This document shows positions 40,901 through 53,349 of a stretch of 64,000 nt of DNA, in pieces. How positions within the stretch are numbered: the stretch's first letter is position 1; each line of letters begins with the position of its first letter. The position numbers and the translations under genes were made by a program. The notes under the pieces were generated by a model. It ran no database searches, was not told the origin of the DNA, and saw nothing but the letters and a program-made list of their open reading frames with translations. This DNA is from Kudoa neothunni (taxonomy: Eukaryota; Animalia; Cnidaria), in contig OZ199840.1 in NCBI GenBank assembly GCA_964304625.1, positions 7,695,744 through 7,759,743 on the forward strand, written 5' to 3'.

Positions 40901-43014
40901 GACATATATGACATCGCGTAATTCATCGGATTATCTCGACTAATAATTATTCAATTTCTCAGTATTCCTTGGGCAGAATTTTTCAAAATCTTCCGTACCG
41001 TTTTGTAATAATTTTTTGCATTCATTGAACTAAAAAAATCTTGAAGTCTTTTTTACCCCAAAGCCCGTTGGAGGAAAAAATTCTGTTGTTAAGATATAAT
41101 CCATATTCCACATAAAATTTTTTATGAATCTATTTATTACAATAATTGAATTAAATAGAATAGAATAGATGAAATGTTATGTATCTCAGATAATTATTAA
41201 ATATTGTATGAATAAATAAAATTCCTTTTGGGGTCTAAAAGATCCCAAGCCAGTTAGTGAGTTAACGGTTGGTTTTTGTACAACAATGATTCACGGATTG
41301 AATATTGAGGAAAAAAGCAAATCGGGAATTTAATTCTTGTTAACATTAAAACATGACACTTTGTCTCCAATACAATATCCACGACTTAGTGATCGTAATG
41401 TTGATGATGCCCCAAAAATATTTATATGTAAAAATTTATCCATTTATTTGAGTTAAAATTGGTATATTTGTACTAAATGCAAAGAAATAATTAAAGGTCC
41501 ATTTAGAAGGAGAAGAGATTGATGTTCAGTACACCGCACAATAGGCATGAAAAAGTAAAAAAATCTTTATTATTAACTAAAGTTAGATAAAATTTCAAAT
41601 GTGAGTTTTTATTTGCGAAAATTTTTTCTAAAGAACGAATAAAATTTTGTTATTTTATGTATTAACACATGAAATATTAATTACATTAAATTATAAATTT
41701 AGTAGATAAAGTAATACTTTGTTTATGATGAGATAAAAAACATATAAAGATGGATTGTATGTATTAAGTCGGAATAGTTTTGAGTGTAAGCTTTATTTTT
41801 TGAGGGATATTAACAATATTTAGATGCAGGTTAGAAATGCACATACACATAGTAAGAAAATTAAAAGAAGATTCATTTAGATTCACTGTCATATTAATTT
41901 TCAATATTATATTTAATTTTGTTATAATTGTTTATAAGATATTACGTTTCGATTTTATCATATAAATTGGCAGAATTTTATTAATTGAAATTTACAGGCG
42001 GATACAACTCACGAGCTAATTAAGTAAATACTCATAATATGTATATTATTCTGAGTAAAAATAATATAATTGGGATCGAAAGGATTAGCATATACTTAGT
42101 CAAATCAGCACAGTTGTTGTTGTGGTGTAGAATTTTAGACTTTTAGTGACTTATCTAAAATAGTGATCAATACCCCTCACTTTGGAAATTGGCTCTAGCT
42201 CAAGTGTCCTCAAAAATTAATAACACCAACCATGAGCAATATATCAAGATTATAATGGGATGTAATTCTGACGTGAAGCCAGTGGATAACATGATGTCGC
42301 TAAATGCTATTATCTAGACCTTCAACATGATAAGAAAATCGACCCTTTACATGTACTGCAAACTATGCAGGCCAGTAGCTCAAATGAGATTTGCTTCGGC
42401 AATGTAAAGGAATACTTCACAAACAGCCTTGAAGCCACTGAAAATCAACTTAGATTAGTATTCATATTTAAGTAGGTTTGTACATTAATTCGCGTATTTT
42501 TAAGTACTCCACAAAAATAACTGAACAACAGGATGAAATCAATCATATGGAATCTGCTCTAAGAAATATTAACAATGGGTATTACATATTTTTGTTTGTT
42601 AGTCTCTGTATTACAGTTGAATTCTAGCGTCAAAATATTTCAAAACACGAAATGTTCAATTTGTAATAAATTGTTGGAGTTACCGTGTGTTCATTTTTTA
42701 TGTGGCCATTCTTATCATAATTTGTAATTTTCATCTTACATCATTATACAATGCTTCTATTCTACGGTAACCTATTTAAGGTGCTGTGAAAACGATGATA
42801 GCTGTACCAAATGCCAACGGAAAATAAAATTATTCTCAGACTCTAAAACCACAGTTGATAACAAACAACTCCATTCAGACTTTTCCAACGAAGTATGATT
42901 TATTTGACTTTTAGTAATCTAAAGTATGTGCAGATTTCCAAAAATACTGATCAAATTGCATTGTTTGAGAAGTATCTCAAACTGGGATTATTCTCCTCTC
43001 AGAAATCTCCATAA
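31967..43014 (+). CDS. VPS11: Vacuolar protein sorting 11 (HOPS/CORVET core subunit)
   Basis: YRKYGDYLYSQGD…FIETIGFLEPSYVIHKFLD, HTTLLLNCYIKL, DQYPSLWKLAL and RING KIFQNTKCSICNKLLELPCVHFLCGHSYH. Large introns at 34026-35610 and 36847-42163; one apparent +1 in the A9 run at 33791-33799. Confidence 0.93.
34253..34326. mobile_element. 74-bp minimal piggyBac-derived hairpin element
   Basis: TTAA-CCCTCCAA…TTAGAGGG-CTAA, with a perfect 20-bp stem CTCCAATGAATTTAGGGTAA / TTACCCTAAATTCATTGGAG. Confidence 0.8.
34952..35378. mobile_element. pogo/Tigger-like MITE
   Basis: TA flanks; imperfect TIRs CAATGTAACCTCGGATTTCGACCA and (reverse complement) CACTGCAACCTCTGAGTCCGACCA. Confidence 0.7.
36923..38786. 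mobile_element. pogo/Tigger-like non-autonomous element (outer)
   Basis: TA flanks; TIRs CAGTCGTGCCTCAATATTGCGTA and (reverse complement) CAGTCGTGCCTTGGTATTGCGTA. Confidence 0.85.
37778..38732. mobile_element. pogo/Tigger-like non-autonomous element (nested)
   Basis: TA flanks; TIRs CAGTCGAACCCC(T/G)TTTA at both ends. Confidence 0.85.
39918..41261. mobile_element. Non-autonomous piggyBac derivative in a VPS11 intron
   Basis: TTAA-CCCTCTAA…TTAGTGAG-TTAA, with subterminal TTTGGGG…CCC motifs at both ends and an internal inverted copy at ~41050-41074. Confidence 0.8.
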
Positions 43015-43595
43015 TTTCAGTTTTTTCTATCCATATTCAATAACATTTCGATTTATATCAACGTCTTTTTTTGACTAAAAATGTTGAAACCTGATTTCCT
43101 TTTCCAATCTACGGGTTTTCTATTAACAAACACTAGTTTTATTCTTTTATACCTATCTAACGGGAATACCTAGCTTTGCCTCGTAATGCGTTTGTAGAAT
43201 TTATAAAAATTTTAAGTATTTTGGGATGGATTAGTGGAATCTTGATATAAGATTTGTGTGGAGCTGAAAAATGTATAATTTTATTTTCCCATGCGTATGA
43301 AATATTTTAAAGGTTAATCTAGCTATTTGCACATTAGAAAATAATATTTTGATTATAGTATGCGTAAGTTTTACAATTAAAATAATAAAAGTAGTTATTC
43401 AGTACCTGTGGTTTTACTTGACAAATTTATAAAAGAACAGGTACAATGACTTATAGGTGCATTTTAAAAAACATTAAAAATCCTACCTAAAACGGAACTA
43501 TTCATTATTTACCATTTAATGAAACTTTAATAAATTTTTAAAGTTTTTTTTAAATCAATAAAATAATTAGCTTATACAATCGATATTTTTGTTGA

Positions 43596-44808
43596 TAGTG
43601 CCTCTTTCCACAGCAATGGTGCATGCGCGAAGATCATAAGATTGATTTATTTACATGAATTTTGTGTATTAAAACTTATAAGGTGAATCACCCACGACCA
43701 TTTTCCAACAAAATGATAATAATTTTTTTAAACACATTACAGAGATAAAGAGATATTATTTTTCAGATTCAGAATAACTATTTATTGCTTTGGGTCCACC
43801 TATATTATTTACTTTTACCATAATAGAATTAAGTTTAAATTGATAGGTAAGAGCGGAATTTTAACATTAGTAGGTATAAGTATTCTCATACTGTTGTGGA
43901 GAGGTGTTAAACTCATTAAATAAATTGTTATAGTAGTCACTACCACCAAGTTAGTTTAATGTACGCAATAATCTATCTATCGGCTGTTTATTTTTTTCCA
44001 TAGTTATTATTTCATAAATTTTGGTTCCATTATGAATTTGAATGAAATCATTACATTTCTATTCATTATCTTTTTCGATGTGTGCGTTCGGGTCAGTTAA
44101 TACATCGCTGTTCATTATTAGTTCTTCATACTCAAATGCAACAGTATGTTTTAGGTCGGTTAATTATTGTTTATAAACCATTGGAGGATTACAATTGTTT
44201 TTATACTGACCTCAGATGGTTTTGCCAGCATTAGTGTTAGTAGGTGGTTATGTTGTATTTGGTGGGAAATAAAGAACAATCGCAAAAAATTGCTTCCATA
44301 TTTTTGATGACTGACATAGTTTAAATTTAAGCGTACAAGAAAGTTGAGTTTTGATGTCTATGATATTATGAGATCATCGGAGTTACAAATATCCAAACAA
44401 AATTTTCTGCTGTAACGAGAAAAAACCATAAAAATGTGCTCACTATTGCATCATCATCATCATCATCCATCTTGAAAGTACTCCTCGATAATTTGTTTTC
44501 CCTAATAGTAAACTCGCTTTTCAAGATGTTTCTCACCGCGACTAAATATCATTAATAAAGTTTAAAATTATTTATAATCAATAATTTATTTTAAAAATCT
44601 CATATAGTATTAAATTTGTTCTTAGTTGTAACATTTGTTTTGAAGAGCTAGAATTAATTGTATACACTGTTTTTGTGGTAAGATAAATATAACAAGATAC
44701 TATAATTGATTAAAATTTAGTTATTAGCTTTATAACACATAAAACTATGAAAATCAAATTAATCTTATAATCCTCGTGAACGTACCATTGTTGTGGAAAG
44801 AGACTCTA
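43596..44808. mobile_element. Unclassified TIR DNA element
   Basis: About 55-bp imperfect TIR: TAGTGCCTCTTTCCACAGCAATGGTGCATGCGCGAAGATCATAAGATTGATTT versus reverse complement TAGAGTCTCTTTCCACAACAATGGTACGTTCACGAGGATTATAAGATTAATTT. Confidence 0.7.
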
Positions 44809-45646
44809 GCATTTTTATTATAGATAGGACAGGAAAATATTAATAAAAACCCAGAAAACTCGATAAAAAATGCAAAATATTATTTCTTTTGACTCTTCCT
44901 ATGGAGTAAATCATTTTGATGGGGCCGAAATTTAAACCAGGAAACAATTTTGTAGATTGAAAACGATTTTTTAACATCCAGATAATATTCTCTCCTTATT
45001 TATCTCAATATTAACGTTTTCAAAAAATATTTATGATAAAAGGAATTATAAAATTAAAAAAAACTTCATTAAATATAATTTTAAAAGGCACTGAGTTTTT
45101 TCAGTTTCTGCAGAATTTATGGAGGAATTGTTCTATGCTGCAGCTAAAATCATTGATCAAATCCTTCCAGATAGTTTTATCTGACGATGAATACTCACAT
45201 TAAATGAAATTGCATAATGATTTAGCTCTCATGAAAAAATTATAAATTTTTAACGTGATAAAGCACTCTAGAGTAAATTGTAACTTATTTATTGGCCAAG
45301 GCCATAGATGTGCAAACTTTCTTCACAGTGAAATTTATCAAATTTTTCTTATTGTGAAATTGGCAGAGGCTATTTTGTGTGATAAATTTTAATCCATATT
45401 ATACACACATGCGCGCAACTATTTAAAATCAAAGTAACTCTTGATCACAAGTTGTATAAAGATTTTATTTAGTATAATCTGTTATATTTAATTATTTCTA
45501 GCCCACGCCTTCGCTTTCAATTGCTAGAAACAAATAAAGTCAAAATCAATGGCATCTGGATACTATTGATCAGACCAATAGCCATTTTCTTCTTTTAACA
45601 TAACGTTTAACCCCTCGGAGCACGCGGGAATTTAATTTCGTCTGAA

Positions 45647-48461
45647 CCGGTGGTTCATAACCTTTCTTCCTTGTGTACCCCTAATGTGTTCAATAAACGT
45701 ATCACGGACCTCATCCTGTTTTAACGCATAATACATATACATATTTAAACCCCTTCGTTACCATTATTCACTTTAGTATACAGATTAAAAAAGATTTAGA
45801 ATTATTGCTAAACTACTTATTTTTAAAAAATAATGTTCAAATTGTGCATAATTTTAATATAAAAAATTATCGATGTAAAATAGAATTTTGAACCGAAAGT
45901 ATTAACCTGTTTATCTAGTTCCCTGATTTTATTAAAATATTTATCATGTAAATTTCTTATATAAATTAATTATGTAAATTAATGGTCTTGTTTTAAAATA
46001 TATATTAAAAATTTTTAATCACGTAGACATGAATTATTTTTGGTATTAGTACAAAAAATTAATTACTTTGAAATTCTTTTCCAGTGATTTCATTAGAAAT
46101 TATTAAAATTCTCACAAAGTTTAGACAATGACGCATGATATTTTAAATTAAAAATTGAGTAGAATTTGTTGGATTATTATATATACATGTGTAAATGTTT
46201 AAAATTTAAATCTCTAAAAAATTTCCACGTGAAAAATGAATGCTCATCTAATACCTAATAATCGCAATATTTTTGCTGTATGAACTATCTATTATTGTTA
46301 ATTATTACGCTTATTAAAAAAAGAGTTAACAAAGAAGTAATTATTATATAATAAAAGTCGGGATTAATGCAAGAAACATTTTTGCATAAGTAATAAACAT
46401 TAAAGAATATTTGATGAGATTTTTTTTGTTATTTTTTATCAATAAGTTCACGGAAATTTAACAAAATATTTGAAAGAGCGACACGCATATGAACGATTTC
46501 GTGGTTTTGTTGTTATGGAAACTAGAATAACATTCTAGTTTGGCAGTAATAGGCTACTGTCAAAAGAGTAATCATTCTAATTGCATAGTCTGCAACATTA
46601 ACTCTCTAACGATCTCAAAAACGGTACCCCTGTAACATTCTTGGGGTAAAAATTACCCCGCTTTTTTATTGCACCGAGGTGTGTAAAAAAAATTAATTAG
46701 GGAATACACAATATTATTAAATTTAAAAGAGTAAAATCACTGGAATATTGCATTAATTACGCCAAATAATCTCAAACTAATCTCGATTACGACATTCTCG
46801 GGATATATCGGTGTTCTCCGTAAGTGTTTACCAAATAAAAGTAAAGTTATCGGTCAATAAAAGACTCATTAAAAAATAAAAAGTAGCAAAAATAAGCACA
46901 ACAATTAATGTTGGCACTTTGAAAGAATTTTGAAGCATGAATGGAGAAATAAAACTTGCAGCAATAATAACACCATTTAGAATTTCTCTTATGATTTTAT
47001 CTTTCACAATAAGCTCGGCTCAACGATTTTTTATTTAAACTTGGTTCTTTATTTGAATATAAGATTTCTTTAAATTTCTTTTGATAACTTTTATGGAGGT
47101 TCTATTTACAGTGAATTGTACAATTATTCGGAAATCTCTTTCAGAAAGTTTCTCCTTAATTTTTCCTCTGAATTAAATATGCCATTGAATAATGCAAATG
47201 CATTAATTAACGAGATATCAATCATGTTGAAAAAGGCGATAAGCGGTTATCTTCCTTTAAACTTTGGTGTCGAAATTGATATCAACATTCTATCCACATT
47301 ATCAACCCCATCCATCCTTGATTGCATCGTAATGCATTATCATTATCGTATGTGGTTTTAAATTTTTAGACGCATCCATGACAGTATTATCAATGGTAAT
47401 TGTCTATCCTTATGAAGAGCTGTTTTTATTAGAAGATCTATATGACCTATAAATTCAATTTTATTGGTATCATGTCACTCATCATTGAAATGGTGATTTC
47501 CAATCATATTTTGGTATACTTTATGATAATACTACCGATTTGGAGATAAAGAATTACAAAAAACAATCAGTGGATGATTTTATTTTTTACACAAAATATA
47601 AAGTGGCACTAAGGATGGAATTCATTATGTTTTCGGCCCAGGTTTTTCACGTAGGTAACTTTGTAAACTCCAAATAATTCCACTTTTACTTTTAAAATTA
47701 TTATCATTAATATCTATGGAATCTATTTATTCGCCTCATATATATTACTTTGATCGTCAAATTCGCTTCCAGATGGGGTATATTCGCCAATGCAATCACT
47801 CGCATCATTCATTAAGAATTATGCACTACGTGCACATGCGCATTTTCCAACTAGTCATATTGTTCATTGTTTTCTTCAAATCTACTTGTTTGATTTAACT
47901 GATAATTTATTATTTGATTATTTACAATATACTTTTTACATTGAAGTAATAAAAAAGCGGGGTAAATTTTACCCCAAAAAATGTTAGAGGATAATATTTA
48001 AATAAAATTTTTTCTTTTCATTGGTTTTTTCCAATTTGTTTCGAAAAAGTAACTCATTATAAATTCCAGGAATATTGAAAATTTGGTGAGATTTAATAAT
48101 TGAAATAAAAAGATATGCTCAATACAAAATCGCTTTGAGGTAAAATTTACCCCAAAATCGTTAGAGGGTTAAAAACATTGTTTGGAAATTTTTAATTTTA
48201 ATCAAATAACCTGCCAAATAACTTTCGTTTTATAGATTTATTTACAAAATAAACAATAACACTAGGAAATATTGTAATAAATATAAAATATTTATAAGAA
48301 ACAATAACGTAAGGGTGTATTTGAAATTTTTAATAATTAGACCAATGTTAAAAAATACCTAATTATAATGGATGTATGAGGATATAATTGGATTGGGATT
48401 TTATTGAAATCATTCACGGACCCCTCAAGGGTGCCCGTGAACTCCGGTCAAAGGACTACTA
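45647..48461. mobile_element. Degenerate hAT (Charlie/MER5-like) non-autonomous element hosting a piggyBac
   Basis: Left end CCGGTGGTTCATAACCTT; right end CACGGACCCC…GTGCCCGTGAACTCCGGTCAAGGACTACT. TSD not clean. Confidence 0.4.
46602..48168 (-). mobile_element. Internally deleted piggyBac
   Basis: TTAA flanks; ends CTCTCTAACGAT…ATCGTTAGAGGG. Minus-strand remnants GVDNVDRML…FFNMIDISLINAFALF…NFLKEI are homologous to the 16.6-18.2 kb transposase, but the catalytic core is missing. Confidence 0.88.
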
Positions 48462-48890
48462 ACTTAGAGGATCGATCAAAGCAACGCTTGCTCGTAAGCA
48501 GTATGCAGATTTGATTTGTAATAATCTGCTATATTCAATTATTTTAGCCATTAAGAGCGAAGCGGTGGTCTGAAAATAATTAAATATATATTCGAAACTA
48601 ATGCCACCTGAATATTATTTACCGCGCAAATAGCCCTTTTCCTCTTTTTAACATAACTCTTGATGTTATTATAATATTTTAACGACACAGATATATTGCA
48701 TATTTGAACGCAGCTCGAAAATGGCGCGCAACCATTTTAAAAGTTAAAAATGTTGTAACAACCCCACTATCCACTAAAGTATCAAAAATTGAAATCCGCG
48801 CGCAAAAAAATAACAGTAAATAACAAGAAACATCTACCAAAATAATTATTACATGTTCAGGAGGAGGGGGTTAACAATATGAAATACACT

Positions 48891-49857
48891 CTACGTGTCA
48901 GTGGAAGATGCTGTACATGTGGGTCGAGAAGAACTGTTCTTGTATTTGATTTTGTAATTTTGGCCATTGTAGTTGTCCCAAAAACTTTCTCCACCCGCCG
49001 GTTGGAAGCATATAGCAAATTCAAAATTTCTCGAGTTGTTTCCAGAGACAATAAGTGGTATACAGAATTTGAAGGTATCAACATTGAGCGTGTCATCATG
49101 CACATGAAAACATGCGTATCGATCGTTGAAGGATTTCCATTCGTGGAAGGTGTAACGTATAAAAACAACTTTATCATAGGACATATTTTTTTACAGTGAC
49201 ATATCCACACACTTTTGGAATGCCGTTTATAACAATAACATTAATTTTTGTCAATTTAACATAATGAATAGCAGGATCGAACACTAGAGAGTTAGTGTCA
49301 AAAAGTAGGATCCATTGTCGGTACGGTTGGGAAAGGGCGCAAATGCCATGTCTTAAAAGAGAAGTTGAGTGGAAGCTGTGTGTGGTGTCGGCGGAGAATG
49401 GATTTGAGAGACTTTTGGATCGCTGTATCGCTGGATAATCATGTGCTAAAATTGAAAATTGAAAATTTTTTGAACAACCCCACGAATTTATGTGAACATT
49501 CCGCCTACCCTGACAGCCGTTACAGTTGGCGTGGTTCAAATCATTCTCGTTCGAATAATCCCTACAAACAGAACACTATTAGTTTCTATTGAACGAAGAC
49601 ACCAACTGTTTGGTGTTCCAGCTATCTACTACCAAGATATAGGGGGGCATGTTTCATTTGAAGTGAATAGTTGGATGGTGCAAAGTTTTTTGCCGATATC
49701 GTCGGCAAAAGTGACCGATTTGCTTTTTTTCAATTTTCCATTGGAGAATGAGCTTTTCCTCATTGTTTTACGTTGATCACCGGGCTGTTGGTTGTTATCG
49801 GTTGGTTCTAAAATGTCAAATGAGTGCGCTCCAAAAATTTAAAAATAATCCACCCAT
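48891..49857 (-). CDS. PPP1R3: Protein phosphatase 1 glycogen-targeting regulatory subunit (RVxF + CBM21)
   Basis: KSKSVTFADDIGKKL (PP1 docking). CBM21: GYVTVKNMSYDKVVFIRYTFHEWKSF…FEFAICF…ESFWDNYNGQNYKI. Needs removal of one A in the run at 49186-49192; start (ATGG micro-exon 49857-49854) is inferred. Confidence 0.88.
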
Positions 49858-50331
49858 CTCGGTGCTGTGATCTGATAACCTTGGTTAAATTATGGTGATG
49901 GTGGAGGACAGAAAATAGATAGAATTTGATGATAGGCCTATGTCTTAACACATATTACGGAAAAAGATCGTGTCAATGAGTAGCTTAGTGATTCGAAATC
50001 ATACCGAATCGTTTGTTTGACTGTGGTGGTAAGTTAAACCGATTGAAACAGTTACCATGATACGATTAGTTATAGATTGGTGATTGTTTCAATACGAAAC
50101 ACATTACAACTAAAATTGCTACAAAAACAAATAGATCCAGCCCATATTTACGTAATTTCTAATATTGACACTCAATAATCTCATAATTAGATAGTGGATT
50201 TTGACCAAACACCAACTTATTTTTATTATCCAAACTATGTATTGAATATTGGGAGGAAGTGTTGAATTTTATGATTATGTTAAACTATGCGCATACACGT
50301 TCACACAAAAAATTCCAACAAGATCCCAAAT

Positions 50332-50394
50332 CATAATACCATAATACCACCATAATGCCCATAATGCTCATAATTCCCATAATTCCTATAATAC
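50332..50394. repeat. About 7 imperfect copies of a 9-bp unit CATAAT(A/G/T)C(C/T)
   Basis: cataatac cataataccac cataatgcc cataatgct cataattcc cataattcc tataatac. Confidence 0.8.
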
Positions 50395-53349
50395 GCGCGA
50401 GATCGCATAGCTAAGGATGACAAATTTTATTGGTGAGGCGTGAGTTAGTCAACTGAAACTAAACACCTAACAACAACCGCAGCCAACTGTAAAAATTCAG
50501 TGTCCCCCACTTTCGAAATTATTCAACCGTGACACAATAAAACTAGGACCCCATACAAAACGATAATGTTACACATTAATTTAAGGATATTTTATTCAAC
50601 CCAAATCACACAAATTAATCAAATCATTTCCGTGATGAAAAACATTTATTTGTGTTCTAATGCAGATTCCTACCAGCACATATCTTAGAGCCTCACGATA
50701 TTTGGGTTGATTCGATGACAAAAGAATTACTTTGTGTACACCAGAAATAATGAATATATCTTCCAAGATGGACAAAACGTACCAGATCCTAAAAAGATAT
50801 ATGAGCGTTTGTTGTTTGATAAAAGTCGTAACTTAAAAGTCGGAATCACTACCGACGATTATTTTAATCTGCAGAGTTTATATATTGTAACTTTTATGTG
50901 GTGGTAAAACCAGCTTATTAGATTATTCGACACAGCAATATTTGTGAAATGTATACACTACAGCATTTTCAGTATTCACCTCATCCAAAATTATTTAATC
51001 CATTGGCAGTTATGGTTTTAATGAATATCACATCGTAAATAAGTCATTAACGAAGTGTGTTAAAATTCGGCCTCGCAAAGAATAACCCCCATTTCTCCAT
51101 CTATAAATATTTGTTTCCATGAAAACAAAATATCCTTGCTAATTACGTCGACAACTACCATAATCAATACGCAATTATCGTCCACTTTTATACACACTTA
51201 ATCTCATGTTAAACGTTAAAACAAACATCTTATGTATTAGTATGATTAGAATAAATCGAAATATTTGTAGTTGTTTTTAGGGGGTTACAAATAAGGTATT
51301 ACATATTTAACATAGGTATTGGTGGCAGTTGTGTTTGTGGGAAAAACTATATTTAGCGCTTGCGTGAGAGGGTATGAATGTTGACTCAATATTTAGGTTG
51401 TAAAATTATGCAATTATTACACCACAGAAACTAACTGTCCACATTATAAAGTTAATAGTTGATAATTACACTGGAATAAAATAAGTCATATTATCATCAT
51501 TATTATTATTATTATTATCTGTTGGTTGATTAGCATTATATTTGAGTAAAATTAGAGAGAAATATATTTGAGGGATATATATATATATATATATGGAAAA
51601 TAAAATAATTAAATTTAATGAAATAATAAGATTTTTGATATTTATTTTTGAATTTTGTATGTCTGAGATAGATTTAGGATTAAAATATCCCACTCCAACT
51701 TACAATATATTATATGCATGGGCGGGACTTTTGCCAGGTTCCACGGAATTATTGAACACTGTCAGTCAATATTGTTTAATATTCTGGTAGTTCAGTATTG
51801 ATATGCGGTGGGAGGGGATTATACAATATTGATGTGGCGCATGTACAAATGCCAACCAATTAATTCCTTACCTTGCTAAGGGATTTTTACATTGAAACCC
51901 GCACAATTTGACATTTGACACTCAAACTCAAGATAGCGCGTGCGTTATATAATTTGAAAACGTTTTTATAAATTTTTCGAGGAATATTAAGACAAACGAT
52001 ACAATTAAAAATAAAAAAATAATTGCCATTATTCATGTGGTTAATAAAGATAAATCTGTTCAAATGTAGAATCGTGGCCGTAATCCAAATCAACGGATAC
52101 GATAAAATTCGAGCCGGTTGATTATTTTAATTCTTTGTATTTGTTATTGATAACAATTGCTGTAATCTATCATATATTTAACTGCTAGCCCCTCGCAATT
52201 ATTTCAGCACGCCATATCATTTAATCGATATAATAAAGAATGCTTTATTTATCCTAAAATTCGAGTGGACAGCTATGATTTTTATCGATTGTCCATTATT
52301 AATTTTTTGCTTGTAAGAATTGGTTTTTCATATTTTTACCCACACACACTAACTTAACTGATTAATTGTATAAACTTAATTTAAAAAATAACTTGTTGGG
52401 GGAAATCCAGTCATTCCTATTATTAAACACTCGACAAATATCGCACTAATTTATCTAAAAAATGTAGGATTAATTGACGAACTAATTATAATGTGTTAAT
52501 CGGAAAATGCGGCCACTTTTCTACATTTTAACCGACAAATCTGCGGTCGATATCCTATGGCTTGAAGACTACTCACTCCACATTGGATGATGTAGCCACA
52601 AAATAGTGTGCCGGGAAAATACTTAAAACTTTTACGGTGGTTAAAAAGAGAGAGAGAGTCAAAAAGTTGAAAAATTTAATAATTATTTTTTAAGACATGG
52701 ATAACTGCGTCATCACCTAAAAATCAACGATTTTAAAATGCTTGTTGGTTGTGAATCCAACAATTATTTGGAGAAAAATAAAAAAACTATTAAAAATAGA
52801 ATTATTAAATGGAACGACAATTATCTTAAAATCGTGACTACGTGGAAGTAAAACAAGAAGTAAGAGAATATGATACACAAATCTACCAGTTAGTGTTCGG
52901 TATGAAAAATGAGTTTCAACAATATAAGTCCGTTAAAACTCTATATTATACATTTTATAGTGCGTTTGTTGGTTTTTTTTCGTCGGATCATTAATGAATA
53001 ATAGCAAATTTCATTTATTTTTGATAGGCTACGCTTGTAAATCCTCCTTTGGATATTTTAAAAGACAAATTAATCTTAATTAACATGCATACATAAAGAT
53101 GCTATTTAAATAGAATCAAGCCTAATAACTGTTTATGTTAAATTTACAATTAGAAACAAGAATAATCATTAAATTAAATCAAGAATATTCGAATTATTTG
53201 AAGGAACGACGCATTATATTAAATGACGGTAATTTCCGTTATTGGTAAAAATCCATGAATGTTAAAAAATAAAATAAATGGTATATTGAAATTCCACCAT
53301 TTATTTTTATTGAGTAGTGGTTATTATAAACGGATCAGCACTACTTTAA

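Noticed and set aside
45607-45635. TTAA-CCCCTCGGAGCACGCG as another piggyBac end
   Set aside because: No matching opposite end found in the window.
50332-50394. CRISPR-like array
   Set aside because: 9-bp tandem units without spacers, a eukaryotic context and no cas genes.
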